From assembly GCA_036984345.1 (NCBI GenBank), contig BQXA01000006.1, positions 37,586 to 69,585 on the forward strand: DNA of 32,000 bases, read 5' to 3'. The notes below the pieces were generated by a model. The model was given only the letters and a program-made list of their open reading frames with translations, had not been told where the DNA came from and did no database searches. Shown here piece by piece: positions 1 through 9,175 of the stretch. The DNA is from Nitrospira sp. Its GTDB lineage: Bacteria > Nitrospirota > Nitrospiria > Nitrospirales > Nitrospiraceae. The position numbers and the translations under genes are program-made. Numbering within the stretch: the first letter of the stretch is position 1; the number at the start of each line of letters is the position of its first letter.

Positions 1-529
1 GCTCCATGGCGTCACGATGGAGCAGTTCTATGCCGCGATCAATCGTGTGCAGCCCTCGTTGATCCGTGTCGAAGCGGACGAGCTGACCTACAATCTCCAT
101 ATCATGCTACGGTTTGAAATTGAGCAAGACTTGATCGAAGGCAAGACACAGCCCGAGGACCTCCCCGCAATCTGGAATCAGAAGATGAAGGAGTATCTGG
201 GTATCGTTCCCCCGACGGACGCAGAAGGCGTGCTGCAGGATGTGCACTGGTCGTTCGGCGCCTTTGGTTATTTCCCTACCTATACACTCGGCAATCTGTA
301 CTCGATCCAATTTTTTGAACAGGCCATGCGAGAACTCCCGAATTTGGAAGACGAGATTGCCGCCGGTCAACTGATGGGCCTGCGCCGGTGGCTGGGACAG
401 AAGATCCACCGCTGGGGCCGCATGTTTACACCGGCCGATCTCGCCGAACGTGTAACCGGCTCGACGATCAACCCCGAACCGTTCCTGAACTATGCGAAAA
501 AGAAGTACAGCGAGCTCTACCAGCTTTGA
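1..529 (+). CDS. Peptidase family M32 (carboxypeptidase Taq-like), C-terminal fragment; N-terminus lies upstream of the window
   Basis: The frame is open from the window edge (in phase with nt 2) to TGA at 527-529. The blocks 'ADELTYNLHIMLRFEIE' and 'DVHWSFGAFGYFPTYTLGNLYSIQFF' match the conserved C-terminal region of M32 carboxypeptidases as I remember them. Confidence 0.8.
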   Translation, partial: LHGVTMEQFYAAINRVQPSLIRVEADELTYNLHIMLRFEIEQDLIEGKTQPEDLPAIWNQKMKEYLGIVPPTDAEGVLQDVHWSFGAFGYFPTYTLGNLYSIQFFEQAMRELPNLEDEIAAGQLMGLRRWLGQKIHRWGRMFTPADLAERVTGSTINPEPFLNYAKKKYSELYQL

Positions 530-1113
530 GCGTCGATCGCAGGCCGACTGTCATACCCCAATGCGGCGTTGAGTTTCGTCAACAGGGCAGGAGCCAACGT
601 AAACTCGGCTTGGACCTCGATCCGGTGCGGAACCAGCAGCGTGGTGTGGAAGACGATATCTCGAATCGGAATTTTCGAATCAGGATCTTGCGGGGTGCTT
701 AGCTGAACTGACTCCACGGAGGCCGTGATGGCACCGCTGTCTTGTGATCCATAGACTGAGACCACGGCATCGATGATCTCTTTGATCTTCTCATTCGATT
801 CCACCCCTTCAATGGCCTTGAGGAACAACGGAATCGCTTCTTCCTTTGTCTGATCAGAAACCGTGAAATTTTCGATCCGTCCTTTTCGGCGTAAGGAGGT
901 GAGATCGTTGTCGAGATCTTTACTGAAGGCTCCATAGGCGAACCGAAAAAATTCAAAATGGAATGCCTTGAGTCCCTTCGCAAAGGTTTGAAGTTCGCAG
1001 AGAAAGCAGAGTTGCTGTAACTTCACGTCGCTCAAGTGCCCATACGGCTCTGACAGGTGCAGAACATACAGGAGGAGCGCTCGGTCGACCGTAATCTGAT
1101 TGGGCAGTCTCAA
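517..1113 (-). CDS. Hypothetical protein, weak resemblance to Panacea/DUF4065 (SocA/GepA-like) domain
   Basis: A 198-aa ORF, convergent with the carboxypeptidase (13-nt overlap) and divergent from fur. The segment 'VKLQQLCFLCELQ...FEFFRFAYGAFSKDL' resembles the 'KLQKLLY...yGPv' core of DUF4065. Pattern-level similarity only. Confidence 0.45.
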   Translation of the reverse strand: MRLPNQITVDRALLLYVLHLSEPYGHLSDVKLQQLCFLCELQTFAKGLKAFHFEFFRFAYGAFSKDLDNDLTSLRRKGRIENFTVSDQTKEEAIPLFLKAIEGVESNEKIKEIIDAVVSVYGSQDSGAITASVESVQLSTPQDPDSKIPIRDIVFHTTLLVPHRIEVQAEFTLAPALLTKLNAALGYDSRPAIDAQSW

Positions 1114-1268
1114 CTATATCCCCGTGCTCGTGATCCCGATCGTTGTACCATAGACAGCAACCGACGCGGTCATCAAAATCAAGCGGTCACAAGAGTTCGC
1201 AGAAACACTCTTGACCGGCTCTTCAGTTTCGTCTTTAATTCCGGTCCAGGAGGCTGAGGTCGATCGCG

Positions 1269-1700
1269 ATGTCCAAACATGTCAAAGAAATGGGAGTCCT
1301 CAAGGACCATTTGGGGAAGCACCAGCTGAAATTTACCCGCCAGCGTGAATTGATCCTCGACGCATTTCTGAAACAAGAACACATCACGGCAGAAGAGATG
1401 TACCACCAACTGGCGCGGAAAGATCCCCATCTAGGACTGGCGACCATCTACCGCACGCTGAACCTCTTTTGCGAAGCGGGGCTCGCCCAGGCCCGGCATT
1501 TCGGGACCCAGACACAGTACGACAATATTTCGCACAAGGGCCACCATGATCATCTCATCTGCACCGGCTGTGGGAAAATCGTGGAGTTCGAAAACTGCGA
1601 TATCGAGCGTCTACAGGAGGAAGTCGCGACACGAAACGGCTTTACGATCCAAACCCACCGCCTCGAACTTTACGGACTCTGCTCCCGCTGCCGCCATTGA
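1269..1700 (+). CDS. fur: Fur-family metalloregulator
   Basis: 143 aa with a winged-helix block 'GLATIYRTLNLFCEAGL', the metal-site motif 'HHDHLICTGCGKIVEF' and a C-terminal 'CSRC'. These are typical of Fur/Zur/PerR family proteins. It lies directly upstream of an iron ABC transporter. Confidence 0.9.
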   Translation: MSKHVKEMGVLKDHLGKHQLKFTRQRELILDAFLKQEHITAEEMYHQLARKDPHLGLATIYRTLNLFCEAGLAQARHFGTQTQYDNISHKGHHDHLICTGCGKIVEFENCDIERLQEEVATRNGFTIQTHRLELYGLCSRCRH

Positions 1701-1729
1701 CCCTTGGAACCGTTTCTGGTATTCTTTTT

Positions 1730-1748
1730 GAGACGGGTTATCAATTTC
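1730..1748. promoter_or_regulatory. Weak Fur-box-like site upstream of the iron ABC transporter
   Basis: 'GAGACGGGTTATCAATTTC' matches 13/19 positions of GATAATGATTATCATTATC, the reverse complement of the E. coli Fur consensus. Only the right half is good. It sits 33 nt upstream of the 1781 start. Confidence 0.3.
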
Positions 1749-1780
1749 AAGAGTCTTCCTTAACGGCATAACACAGGATC

Positions 1781-2833
1781 ATGATGAATACACGACGTTC
1801 CCTTTGCACGATTGGTGTCCTTGCACGCTTGGGCTTGATCACGGGGCTTGTTTCGTTCCTGTGGGGTGCCCCTCTCACGGACGTCTTTGCCGCAGACAAG
1901 TTGACGGTCTATTCCGGGCGAGCGGAACGGCTGATCAAACCGGTCCTCGACGCGTTCACCGCGAAGACCGGCATTCAGATCGACTTGCTGTCCTCCGGCA
2001 CAACCGAGCTCGTGAATCGGATGAAAGCGGAAGGCGACCGCAGCCCGGCCGATGTGTTTATTACCAACGATGCCGGAAGTCTGGAGATCGCCCGCACCAC
2101 AGGGCTCCTTCGCCCCTTGAGCATGCGGGAGGTCGAACGAGCCATTCCACCTCAATTCCGCGCGGCCGATAACAGTTGGATCGGCCTCTCCGGACGATTC
2201 TGGATCATCGTGTACAACACGAACCTCGTGAAACCGGATCAGATCAAGTCGTTACTGGACCTGGCCGATCCGTCCTGGAAGGACAAGATCGCCATTCCGA
2301 ATGCCGGGAGCGAATATCTCCAGGCAGGGGTGTCGGTCATTCGAGCGAGCCTTGGCGACGATGTCACGAAAACCTTCCTTGAAGGACTTCGAGATAACGC
2401 AGGCACACAGATCTACCAAAAGAGTTCTCAAATCGTCGAGGCCGTCGCCAAAGGGCAGGTGGCGATGGGTATCGTAAATCACTACTACGTCTATCGACAT
2501 CTCGCGACACAACCGACGGCTCCACTGGGAGTCTTCATGCCCGATCAACAGGACGGCGGGATGGGAGCCATCATGAATGTCGCCGGCATCGGGATCCTGA
2601 AACACACGCCCCGCATCGAGAACGCAAAGTTGCTCGTGGAATTTCTCGTGGCCCAGGCCGGCCAAAAAATGTTCGCCGACCTCGACAAGGAATACCCGCT
2701 CCATCCTGAGGTGAAGGGTGATCCAGCACTCCCCGAGCGGAAGAGTTTCCGAGCGGCGCTTGTGCCGTTGAGCAAGCTCGCTGAACTGCGGGAGCCTACG
2801 ATGCTGCTCATTGAACAAGTCGGAATGCGATAA
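1781..2833 (+). CDS. Fe(III) ABC transporter periplasmic substrate-binding protein (FbpA/AfuA type)
   Basis: 350 aa with a signal peptide. The stretch 'KLTVYSGRAERLIKPVLDAFTAKTGIQIDLL...ADVFITNDAGSLE' is typical of ferric-iron binding proteins. A matching permease and ATPase follow. Confidence 0.85.
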   Translation: MMNTRRSLCTIGVLARLGLITGLVSFLWGAPLTDVFAADKLTVYSGRAERLIKPVLDAFTAKTGIQIDLLSSGTTELVNRMKAEGDRSPADVFITNDAGSLEIARTTGLLRPLSMREVERAIPPQFRAADNSWIGLSGRFWIIVYNTNLVKPDQIKSLLDLADPSWKDKIAIPNAGSEYLQAGVSVIRASLGDDVTKTFLEGLRDNAGTQIYQKSSQIVEAVAKGQVAMGIVNHYYVYRHLATQPTAPLGVFMPDQQDGGMGAIMNVAGIGILKHTPRIENAKLLVEFLVAQAGQKMFADLDKEYPLHPEVKGDPALPERKSFRAALVPLSKLAELREPTMLLIEQVGMR

Positions 2834-2849
2834 CTCTTCGAGCAGATTC

Positions 2850-4433
2850 GTGATTGCCGTACCCCGATCATCTTCCTCAGCCCTGCAATTGCTGGTCATG
2901 GCCAGCGCCGCGCTGATCCTGCTGCCGTTGGGCTACGTGACCACGCTGGCGCTGTCCGCCGACTTGGCGGTCTGGCAGCGTCTCTGGGCGACTCGTGTTC
3001 CCGAACTCCTCTTCAACACGGTATCGTTGGCCGGTGCCGTCGCGGCAATTACGCTCGTGTTGGGCGTATTAACGGCGTGGATGGTCACCCGATTCGAATT
3101 TCCCGGACGTCGCTTCTGGGAAGTGGCCCTCGTACTTCCCTTGGCGATGCCGACCTACGTACTGGCCTATGTGTACAACTATCTGCTGGGATACAACGGT
3201 CCGGTCGAGCAGCTGTGGCAAATGATGGCAGGACCGCAGGCACGAATAGTCTCTCCGCAATGTTTTTGGGGAGTCACCTTCGTCATGGCACTCGACACCT
3301 TTCCGTTCGTGTATCTCCTCACACGCAGCGCGCTCTTGAGCTTCAACGTGTCCTTTGAGGAAGTGGCCCGTAGCTGCGGCGCTTCACCGCTGCGCACGAT
3401 GTTCAGGGTCACCCTGCCGTTATTGCGCCCCTCCATCGTAGCCGGTGTCGCGCTGGTGGTACTGTATGTCGTCTCGGATTTCGGCGCTGTTTCTCTGCTG
3501 CGCTTTCAAACGCTGACCTATGCCGTCTTTCAGCAAATGACCGGCCGATCCGACAATCACGCTGCAAGCATCCTGAGTATCTTGTTGGTGGTGCTGGCGC
3601 TGCTGTTCCTGTTAACCGAACGCTGGTTTCGACGAAAAAGCCGATTCTATCAGACCTCAGGGCGCTATCGTTCGCCCCAACGTATCTCGTGCGGGTGGCT
3701 CTCCGCAGGGCTTGTGACGACTAGCCTTGCCTCCGTCGTCGCTCTGGCCTTCGGCATCCCTGCCTGTCTGTTGGTGACATGGAGCCTCTCCCCTGAGGCG
3801 CAGGCTATTCTAGATGCTCGTTTCTTTGGATTTATTTGGAACAGCACGCTCTTATCGGGTCTGGCCGCGACAGCCGCCGTGATCGTTGGGCTCCCCCTCG
3901 CCTACCTGGCAAGCCGGAAACCGACCTGGCTCAATCTTGGCTGTCTCCAAGCGGCCTATGCAGGATATGTTCTGCCAGGCCCGGTGGCAGCCCTGGCTGT
4001 ATTAGTTCTCTTCTTGAAGATTCTTCCGTTTTTCTACGGAACGGTGCTCGTCTTGATCGTCGCCTACGTCCTGCACTTTCTCCCTGCCGGTCTCCAATCA
4101 CTCGAACCGTCGATTCAACAGATCACGCCCAACCTTGAAGAAGTGTCCCGCACCTTGGGGCTTGGGGTTCGAGAAACTTGGAGGCGCGTCACGCTGCCGC
4201 TGATCCGTAATGGTGTCATCGTGGCCTGGGTCCTTGTTTTTCTCCAAACCATGAAGGAGCTGCCCGCGACATTATTGTTGAGACCTGTCGGATTCGACAC
4301 CCTCGCCATCCGGGTGTGGCTGGAAGCGAGTGAGGAGTATTATCAGCTGGCGGCTCCATCGGCCTTGTTGATCGTACTGGTTGGGTTGCCGGCCCTATTT
4401 TTGTTGCTCTCTCGCGATTGGAGGGCGGCATAG
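2850..4433 (+). CDS. Fe(III) ABC transporter permease, fused double-domain FbpB type
   Basis: About 12 predicted TM segments and two permease-domain halves. The start is uncertain: the track ORF opens with TTG at 2811, overlapping the upstream gene, and GTG 2850 or ATG 2898 are alternatives. Confidence 0.8.
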   Translation: MIAVPRSSSSALQLLVMASAALILLPLGYVTTLALSADLAVWQRLWATRVPELLFNTVSLAGAVAAITLVLGVLTAWMVTRFEFPGRRFWEVALVLPLAMPTYVLAYVYNYLLGYNGPVEQLWQMMAGPQARIVSPQCFWGVTFVMALDTFPFVYLLTRSALLSFNVSFEEVARSCGASPLRTMFRVTLPLLRPSIVAGVALVVLYVVSDFGAVSLLRFQTLTYAVFQQMTGRSDNHAASILSILLVVLALLFLLTERWFRRKSRFYQTSGRYRSPQRISCGWLSAGLVTTSLASVVALAFGIPACLLVTWSLSPEAQAILDARFFGFIWNSTLLSGLAATAAVIVGLPLAYLASRKPTWLNLGCLQAAYAGYVLPGPVAALAVLVLFLKILPFFYGTVLVLIVAYVLHFLPAGLQSLEPSIQQITPNLEEVSRTLGLGVRETWRRVTLPLIRNGVIVAWVLVFLQTMKELPATLLLRPVGFDTLAIRVWLEASEEYYQLAAPSALLIVLVGLPALFLLLSRDWRAA

Positions 4434-4437
4434 GTCC

Positions 4438-5568
4438 ATGATGGATAGATCATTTCACCCAACTCATTCGACTACCGACGAGCCTGACGATCAAGTCCAG
4501 CAGTACCGGCCGACTTCGTCTATCTTGGAGCTCCGTTCCATATCCTGTGCTTACGACCCAAGCCGGCCCGCTATCAAGGATATTTCTTTTTCCATTCGAG
4601 AAGGAGAAATTCTGTGTCTCCTCGGACCGTCCGGCTGCGGCAAGACGACCGTCCTGCGCGCCATCGCTGGCTTCGAACCTGTCCGCTCCGGACAGATTGT
4701 CCTGTCCGACCGATTAGTTTCGTCCTCCACAGAAACCGTGCCGACCGAAGAGCGCCGCGTGGGCATGGTGTTCCAGGAATATGCACTGTTTCCACACCTG
4801 CGGGTGGCCGACAACATCGCCTTCGGGCTCCATCATCTTTCGCGGGCGGAACGGACCTGCCGAGTTCAAGAAATGTTGCGCCTGACCGGGTTGGAAGGGC
4901 TGGAACGCCGATACCCACATGAATTATCCGGCGGACAACAGCAGCGAGTGGCGCTTTCACGAGCACTGGTGCAAAACCCCGTCCTACTCCTGCTGGATGA
5001 GCCATTCAGCAACCTCGACCCCGACATGGCCAGCCGCATGCGACAAGACCTCCATAGTCTCCTCCGTCGGACCAAGACGACCACCATCCTGGTCACTCAT
5101 GATCACGAGGAGGCCTTTGCGATGGCCGATCGCATCGCCGTGCTGAACCAAGGAAAAATTGAACAATTGGACACCCCTGAGCGCATCTACCATCTCCCGG
5201 CTACCCGGTTCGTGGCAGATTTCGTCGGCCAGGCCGACTTTGTCACCGGAAAGATTCGACAGGGTCTCGTGCACACGGAACTGGGAGAGTTTCCCAATAC
5301 CATTGACGGTGCTGAGGGATCGCATGTCATGGTGATGATCCGCCCGGATGATATTCACCTCGTGCCCAATAAGTCGGCCAATTCTCGGATCGTGGCGAGG
5401 CAGTTCAGAGGCTCAGAAAATTTGTATACCATTCAACTTCCATCAGGCCAGTTGGTGCATAGCAGCGAGAGTTCAACCAGCGTGTACCACGAAGGCACTG
5501 CGGTCGAACTTCGTGTATCCGCCACCCACACCGTGCTCTTTCCTGCCGAAGAACAACCTCACGCCTAG
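4438..5568 (+). CDS. Fe(III) ABC transporter ATP-binding protein (FbpC type)
   Basis: Walker A 'GPSGCGKTT', ABC signature 'LSGGQQQRVALSRAL' and Walker B 'LLLLDEPFSNLD'. ATG 4438 follows the permease stop (4431-4433) with GGAGGG 12 nt upstream. The track start at 4381 is TTG inside the permease gene. Confidence 0.9.
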   Translation: MMDRSFHPTHSTTDEPDDQVQQYRPTSSILELRSISCAYDPSRPAIKDISFSIREGEILCLLGPSGCGKTTVLRAIAGFEPVRSGQIVLSDRLVSSSTETVPTEERRVGMVFQEYALFPHLRVADNIAFGLHHLSRAERTCRVQEMLRLTGLEGLERRYPHELSGGQQQRVALSRALVQNPVLLLLDEPFSNLDPDMASRMRQDLHSLLRRTKTTTILVTHDHEEAFAMADRIAVLNQGKIEQLDTPERIYHLPATRFVADFVGQADFVTGKIRQGLVHTELGEFPNTIDGAEGSHVMVMIRPDDIHLVPNKSANSRIVARQFRGSENLYTIQLPSGQLVHSSESSTSVYHEGTAVELRVSATHTVLFPAEEQPHA

Positions 5569-5694
5569 CGAGACAGGAACGGACTCATGCCAAACCCGAT
5601 TGACAGCATCCCCTGGGATCTGGCATGGATGGACCGGTACGCTGGCTGCCAACCCACCGGATTGAGCCTACGTCTCCCAGATTAAGGAGCTGCG

Positions 5695-6126
5695 ATGGAC
5701 GCGTTGAAGCACGCGATTGATTATGGAGTGATCGGCCTTCTCCTGGTCTTGAGCCTCTGGTCCGTGGCAGTCGCAATCGAACGGTGGCTGTTCTACAAGC
5801 GAATCGATCTCTCTCGGTTTTCCAATGCTCAATTACTGGAGATCACGCTCACAAAACGACTGGTGATCATCGGGACCGTGGCCGCCAATGCCCCGTATAT
5901 CGGTCTCCTCGGAACCGTCCTTGGGATCATGTTAACCTTCCATACGATGGGAACCTCAGGTACGATGGCGGTCAACACCATCATGATCGGCTTGAGTCTC
6001 GCTTTGAAGGCGACAGCCGTCGGTCTCCTGGTTGCTATTCCCTGTGTCGTCATGAACAATCTGCTTCGCCGTCGTGTCACCGAGCTTTTGACCGAATACA
6101 AGGCCCAACATGGACCGGAACATTGA
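5695..6126 (+). CDS. exbB: ExbB/TolQ/MotA-family proton channel (short form)
   Basis: 143 aa with 3 TM segments and the motif 'APYIGLLGTVLGIMLTF', typical of the ExbB/TolQ family. ExbD and TonB genes follow. AAGGAG lies upstream of the ATG. Confidence 0.8.
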   Translation: MDALKHAIDYGVIGLLLVLSLWSVAVAIERWLFYKRIDLSRFSNAQLLEITLTKRLVIIGTVAANAPYIGLLGTVLGIMLTFHTMGTSGTMAVNTIMIGLSLALKATAVGLLVAIPCVVMNNLLRRRVTELLTEYKAQHGPEH

Positions 6127-6484
6127 TCAGATCAACGTCATCCCGCTGGTGGATGTCATGTTGGTCCTCCTCGTCATCGTGTTGACCACCGCAACATTTA
6201 TTAGTACCGGACAAATTCCGGTCAACCTGGCAAAAGCGAAAGAAGTGGGAGATCGGAAGGATGTTCCCATCGTCATTTCCTTGACCGCAGATGGGAGCCT
6301 CTTCGTCAATGACTCGCCGATCATGGAGGGTGGCCTTACGGCGGCACTAAGCTCTCAGCCTCGCGAGTCGGCGGTTGTCGTGCGGGCCGACAAGGTTACG
6401 TTGCTGGAGAAGTTTGTTGCCTTGGTCGATGAAATTCGCGGCCTCGGCTTTCAGCAAGTCAGCCTGGAGGTTATTCGACTGTGA
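6110..6484 (+). CDS. exbD: ExbD/TolR biopolymer transport protein
   Basis: 124 aa. 'INVIPLVDVMLVLLVIVL' is the typical ExbD N-terminal TM segment. The gene overlaps the exbB end by 17 nt. Confidence 0.85.
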   Translation: MDRNIDQINVIPLVDVMLVLLVIVLTTATFISTGQIPVNLAKAKEVGDRKDVPIVISLTADGSLFVNDSPIMEGGLTAALSSQPRESAVVVRADKVTLLEKFVALVDEIRGLGFQQVSLEVIRL

Positions 6485-7368
6485 TGGACCACTCGGTTCC
6501 GCTTCCTCATTCGACAGGTCCAGTGACAGCAAGTTGGCTCATCTCATGCCTACTGCACGCGGCATTGGCCATGGCCGCACTGTTCTTCGTTCAAAACCTG
6601 CAACTTGCGCCTCAAGCTGACCCCTTTCAGTGGGACGTCGCGGTAGTCGCGCCGCACTCCAGTTCGGTACAGTCCACACCTGCTGTTCAACCGACATCTC
6701 TACCTACACCGGCCATTCAGCCACCTGCGCCATCACAAACATCGGTTTCTGCAACGAGACAGTCGGTTGAACCAGCAAGAACGGAACCGCCTCCTCCCCC
6801 AAAATCCGAGTCCTGGCCAGATTCCTCTCAAGATCAGCTGTTTCAGTCCGAACCACCGCCATCAACCACAACACCCACTTTCTCAGCTGAGTCACTGTCT
6901 ACCGTCCCTCCGCAGGTTCTGTCATCTACTCCATCCGAGCAGGCCGCCCGTCCGCACGATGAGTCACCTACCGTGACAGATTCGCCACCACAGGTAGCAT
7001 CTCCACTGAATCCTTCATCTCCCACGATGGCTTCCATCTCACCCGTTGATCGAGTCAAGTCGACCAAAGCCGATTACGGATGGCTGGCTGCTATCATGGC
7101 GCAATGGATCGAGGACCTGAACAAGCGATACCCTGCGATGCTTCGCACCGAAGGGGTGGAGGGGAAGGTAACATTGGCGGCAACTCTTCATGAAAACGGA
7201 CGACTCAGCGACGTGCGTGTAGTGAAGAGCTCAGGCTCTACCGCCCTCGATCAAGTGGCAGTAGAAGACGTACGGAACGGCCCACCGATAGATCTCGCCT
7301 ATCCACTCGGCCGAGATCAAATACCGGTGAAGTTTTCCATTAGTTACGACCTGAAAACTGCTCGATAA
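6484..7368 (+). CDS. tonB: TonB energy transducer
   Basis: An N-terminal TM anchor, a long Pro/Ser/Thr-rich spacer and a C-terminal TonB-type domain ('YPAMLRTEGVEGKVTLAATLHENGRLSDVRVVKSSGSTALDQVA'). The ATG overlaps the exbD stop (TGATG). Confidence 0.8.
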   Translation: MDHSVPLPHSTGPVTASWLISCLLHAALAMAALFFVQNLQLAPQADPFQWDVAVVAPHSSSVQSTPAVQPTSLPTPAIQPPAPSQTSVSATRQSVEPARTEPPPPPKSESWPDSSQDQLFQSEPPPSTTTPTFSAESLSTVPPQVLSSTPSEQAARPHDESPTVTDSPPQVASPLNPSSPTMASISPVDRVKSTKADYGWLAAIMAQWIEDLNKRYPAMLRTEGVEGKVTLAATLHENGRLSDVRVVKSSGSTALDQVAVEDVRNGPPIDLAYPLGRDQIPVKFSISYDLKTAR

Positions 7369-7382
7369 CACCCACGACCAGC

Positions 7383-8420
7383 TTAGGGCATACCGAGTCG
7401 ATTCCGGAGCCCTGATGAAACTGTCATCGTTCCCTCAGCATCAATAATGACGGCTTCCACATCTGGTAAGCTTTCGACCAGTGCCATCCCCTCCTCGGGC
7501 CCCAGGACAAAAATTCCCGTATCCAATCCATCGGCCACAACCCCTTCCCTAGCGATGATAGTGACGCTCTGACAGGCCCGTGCCGGCTGCAAGGTCTGAG
7601 GAGACAGGATATGATGATACCGGACTCCGTCCCGCATGAAAAATCGCTCATAGTCTCCAGCGGTGGAGATGGCCTCATCCATTAACTCAAGAATTGCGAT
7701 CAGCTCGCCTTCTTTGCGAGGATGCTTGATCCCTACAGGAAACCCATGACCTTCCGGAGGCATTCCAAACGTTTTGATATCGCCCGATATGGCGACCACT
7801 CCGCCTCTCGCTCCTGCTCGTTTCATCTCCGCCACCGCCCGATCAGCAGCATAGCCCTTGCCAATTCCTCCAATGTCGATTCGCATTCCCTTGCGCGGAA
7901 GGAAAATAGTTTGTGTCACCTTATTCACTTGAATACTCGTCCAATCGACGAGTGGCTTTAACTGTTGCAACTCCAGCTCATCTGGAATGTGCTGTCGTTC
8001 GGTGGCGCTCCAAGCGGCAACAGCAGGACCAAGAGCAATATTAAACCCACCACGGGTCAGCTGCGCCATATCCAGAGAGCGGATCACCAGCTCGAACGTC
8101 TCCTGGCTCACCTTCACAGCTCGAAGGCCGGCTTCCGCATTGACCTGCGACAGCTCAGTATCAGGACGCCAGGTGCTCAATAACTGTTCAAGTCGCTTGA
8201 TCTCATTGAATCCTGCCCGCATAGCCCGTTCACTGACAGACGAATTCGGTGCCACAACTGTGAGGGTAACCAAGGTGCCCATGTGCATCTGAGCGCGTTT
8301 AGCCACTACGGATTCAGATACCGGGTGCGCTGCTCCACAACCGGCCAGCACGGTGATCATGAGACCAAACACCATTCTATTGAACGCCGCACGTGCCCTA
8401 GGTGTGCACATCATGATCAA
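7383..8420 (-). CDS. apbE: FAD:protein FMN transferase ApbE (lipoprotein)
   Basis: 345 aa with the lipobox 'VLAGC' and the ApbE hallmark 'IDIGGIGKGYAADRA', plus 'GDYERFF...RYHHILSP'. It starts 4 nt after the stop of the upstream ORF (8425-9090). Confidence 0.9.
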   Translation of the reverse strand: MIMMCTPRARAAFNRMVFGLMITVLAGCGAAHPVSESVVAKRAQMHMGTLVTLTVVAPNSSVSERAMRAGFNEIKRLEQLLSTWRPDTELSQVNAEAGLRAVKVSQETFELVIRSLDMAQLTRGGFNIALGPAVAAWSATERQHIPDELELQQLKPLVDWTSIQVNKVTQTIFLPRKGMRIDIGGIGKGYAADRAVAEMKRAGARGGVVAISGDIKTFGMPPEGHGFPVGIKHPRKEGELIAILELMDEAISTAGDYERFFMRDGVRYHHILSPQTLQPARACQSVTIIAREGVVADGLDTGIFVLGPEEGMALVESLPDVEAVIIDAEGTMTVSSGLRNRLGMP

Positions 8421-8424
8421 CCTC

Positions 8425-9090
8425 TTACCACCAATGTCGGCGAAACATCCTGGGATATCGTGAATAGGGCATCACTTCGTAGAGCCGTGCTTCCACCTGC
8501 ATTGGTTGTGGAAGTTCTTCGACAATTGGGCGTCCTTTGAAATCTGGATACCGCTCTGTCACCAAGTCCAGGGCCCTTGCGGTTTCTGCGTGGTCAAGAG
8601 CCACAGAAGCTACCACCATTCGGCCATAGCGGGGCGAATCCACTCCGAATTTCCATGTGCCGACGCAGGTCACAGCGGCAGCATCAACCGTAAAGGTCGT
8701 CGAGAGCTCTGCCATGGAGAGAAACGGCCCTTCGCTAATCTGTACCCTGGTGAGTCGATACCTTCCGGGTGGCAGACTGATGGCAAAAGTTTGATCAGGT
8801 GAATCGACCTCTACTTGAAATCGTTTGTGAGATTCCTGGTGCTCCAATTCTAGAAACCGCATTTCTGGTAGATACCGTCTTGCCCTGTCTCCGGTCAGAA
8901 ATGTCACCACACGTCCCACGACCAAGCTGTTTGTCACATCAGTCGGGTCTACCATCGATGATACGTGCCTGGCGCAACTCCATACACCACAAAGGAGCAT
9001 CGGGACGAGGGCATAGAAAACCAATGACTTCTGGTTGATGGACTGGAGAGAAAACCTGCGACCTGAGGAACGTCCAAGGCAGCTATCCAT
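8425..9090 (-). CDS. Hypothetical exported/anchored protein, co-transcribed with apbE
   Basis: 221 aa with an N-terminal hydrophobic segment ('LVFYALVPMLLCGVWSCA'). The block 'GRVVTFLTGD...FAISLPPGRYRLTRV' loosely resembles a carboxypeptidase-regulatory-like beta-sandwich. I recognise no family with confidence. Confidence 0.6.
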   Translation of the reverse strand: MDSCLGRSSGRRFSLQSINQKSLVFYALVPMLLCGVWSCARHVSSMVDPTDVTNSLVVGRVVTFLTGDRARRYLPEMRFLELEHQESHKRFQVEVDSPDQTFAISLPPGRYRLTRVQISEGPFLSMAELSTTFTVDAAAVTCVGTWKFGVDSPRYGRMVVASVALDHAETARALDLVTERYPDFKGRPIVEELPQPMQVEARLYEVMPYSRYPRMFRRHWW

Positions 9091-9105
9091 ATCTCATTTT
9101 CCCGC

Positions 9106-9135
9106 TTGACAATAAAGGATCTCCTGGGATATTAA
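9106..9135 (+). promoter_or_regulatory. Candidate sigma70 promoter for the plus-strand operon
   Basis: TTGACA (9106-9111), an 18-nt spacer, then TATTAA (9130-9135). The -10 element is embedded in the Fur box. On the opposite strand a perfect TATAAT (plus coordinates 9153-9158) could serve the divergent hyp-apbE operon. Confidence 0.4.
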
Positions 9136-9146
9136 TAATCGTTCTC
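9128..9146. promoter_or_regulatory. Fur box
   Basis: 'GATATTAATAATCGTTCTC' matches 15/19 positions of the classical consensus GATAATGATAATCATTATC. It sits in the divergent intergenic region, overlaps the candidate -10, and a fur gene lies 7.4 kb upstream. Confidence 0.6.
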
Positions 9147-9175
9147 AATTTCATTATACTAGTTCGATTGACGCC

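Noticed and set aside
2252-2899. 215-aa minus-strand ORF, together with many other 60-140-aa overlapping ORFs across 1.8-5.6 kb.
   Set aside because: They are antisense or out of frame relative to the clearly recognisable ABC-transporter genes. They are typical shadow ORFs of about 57% GC DNA.
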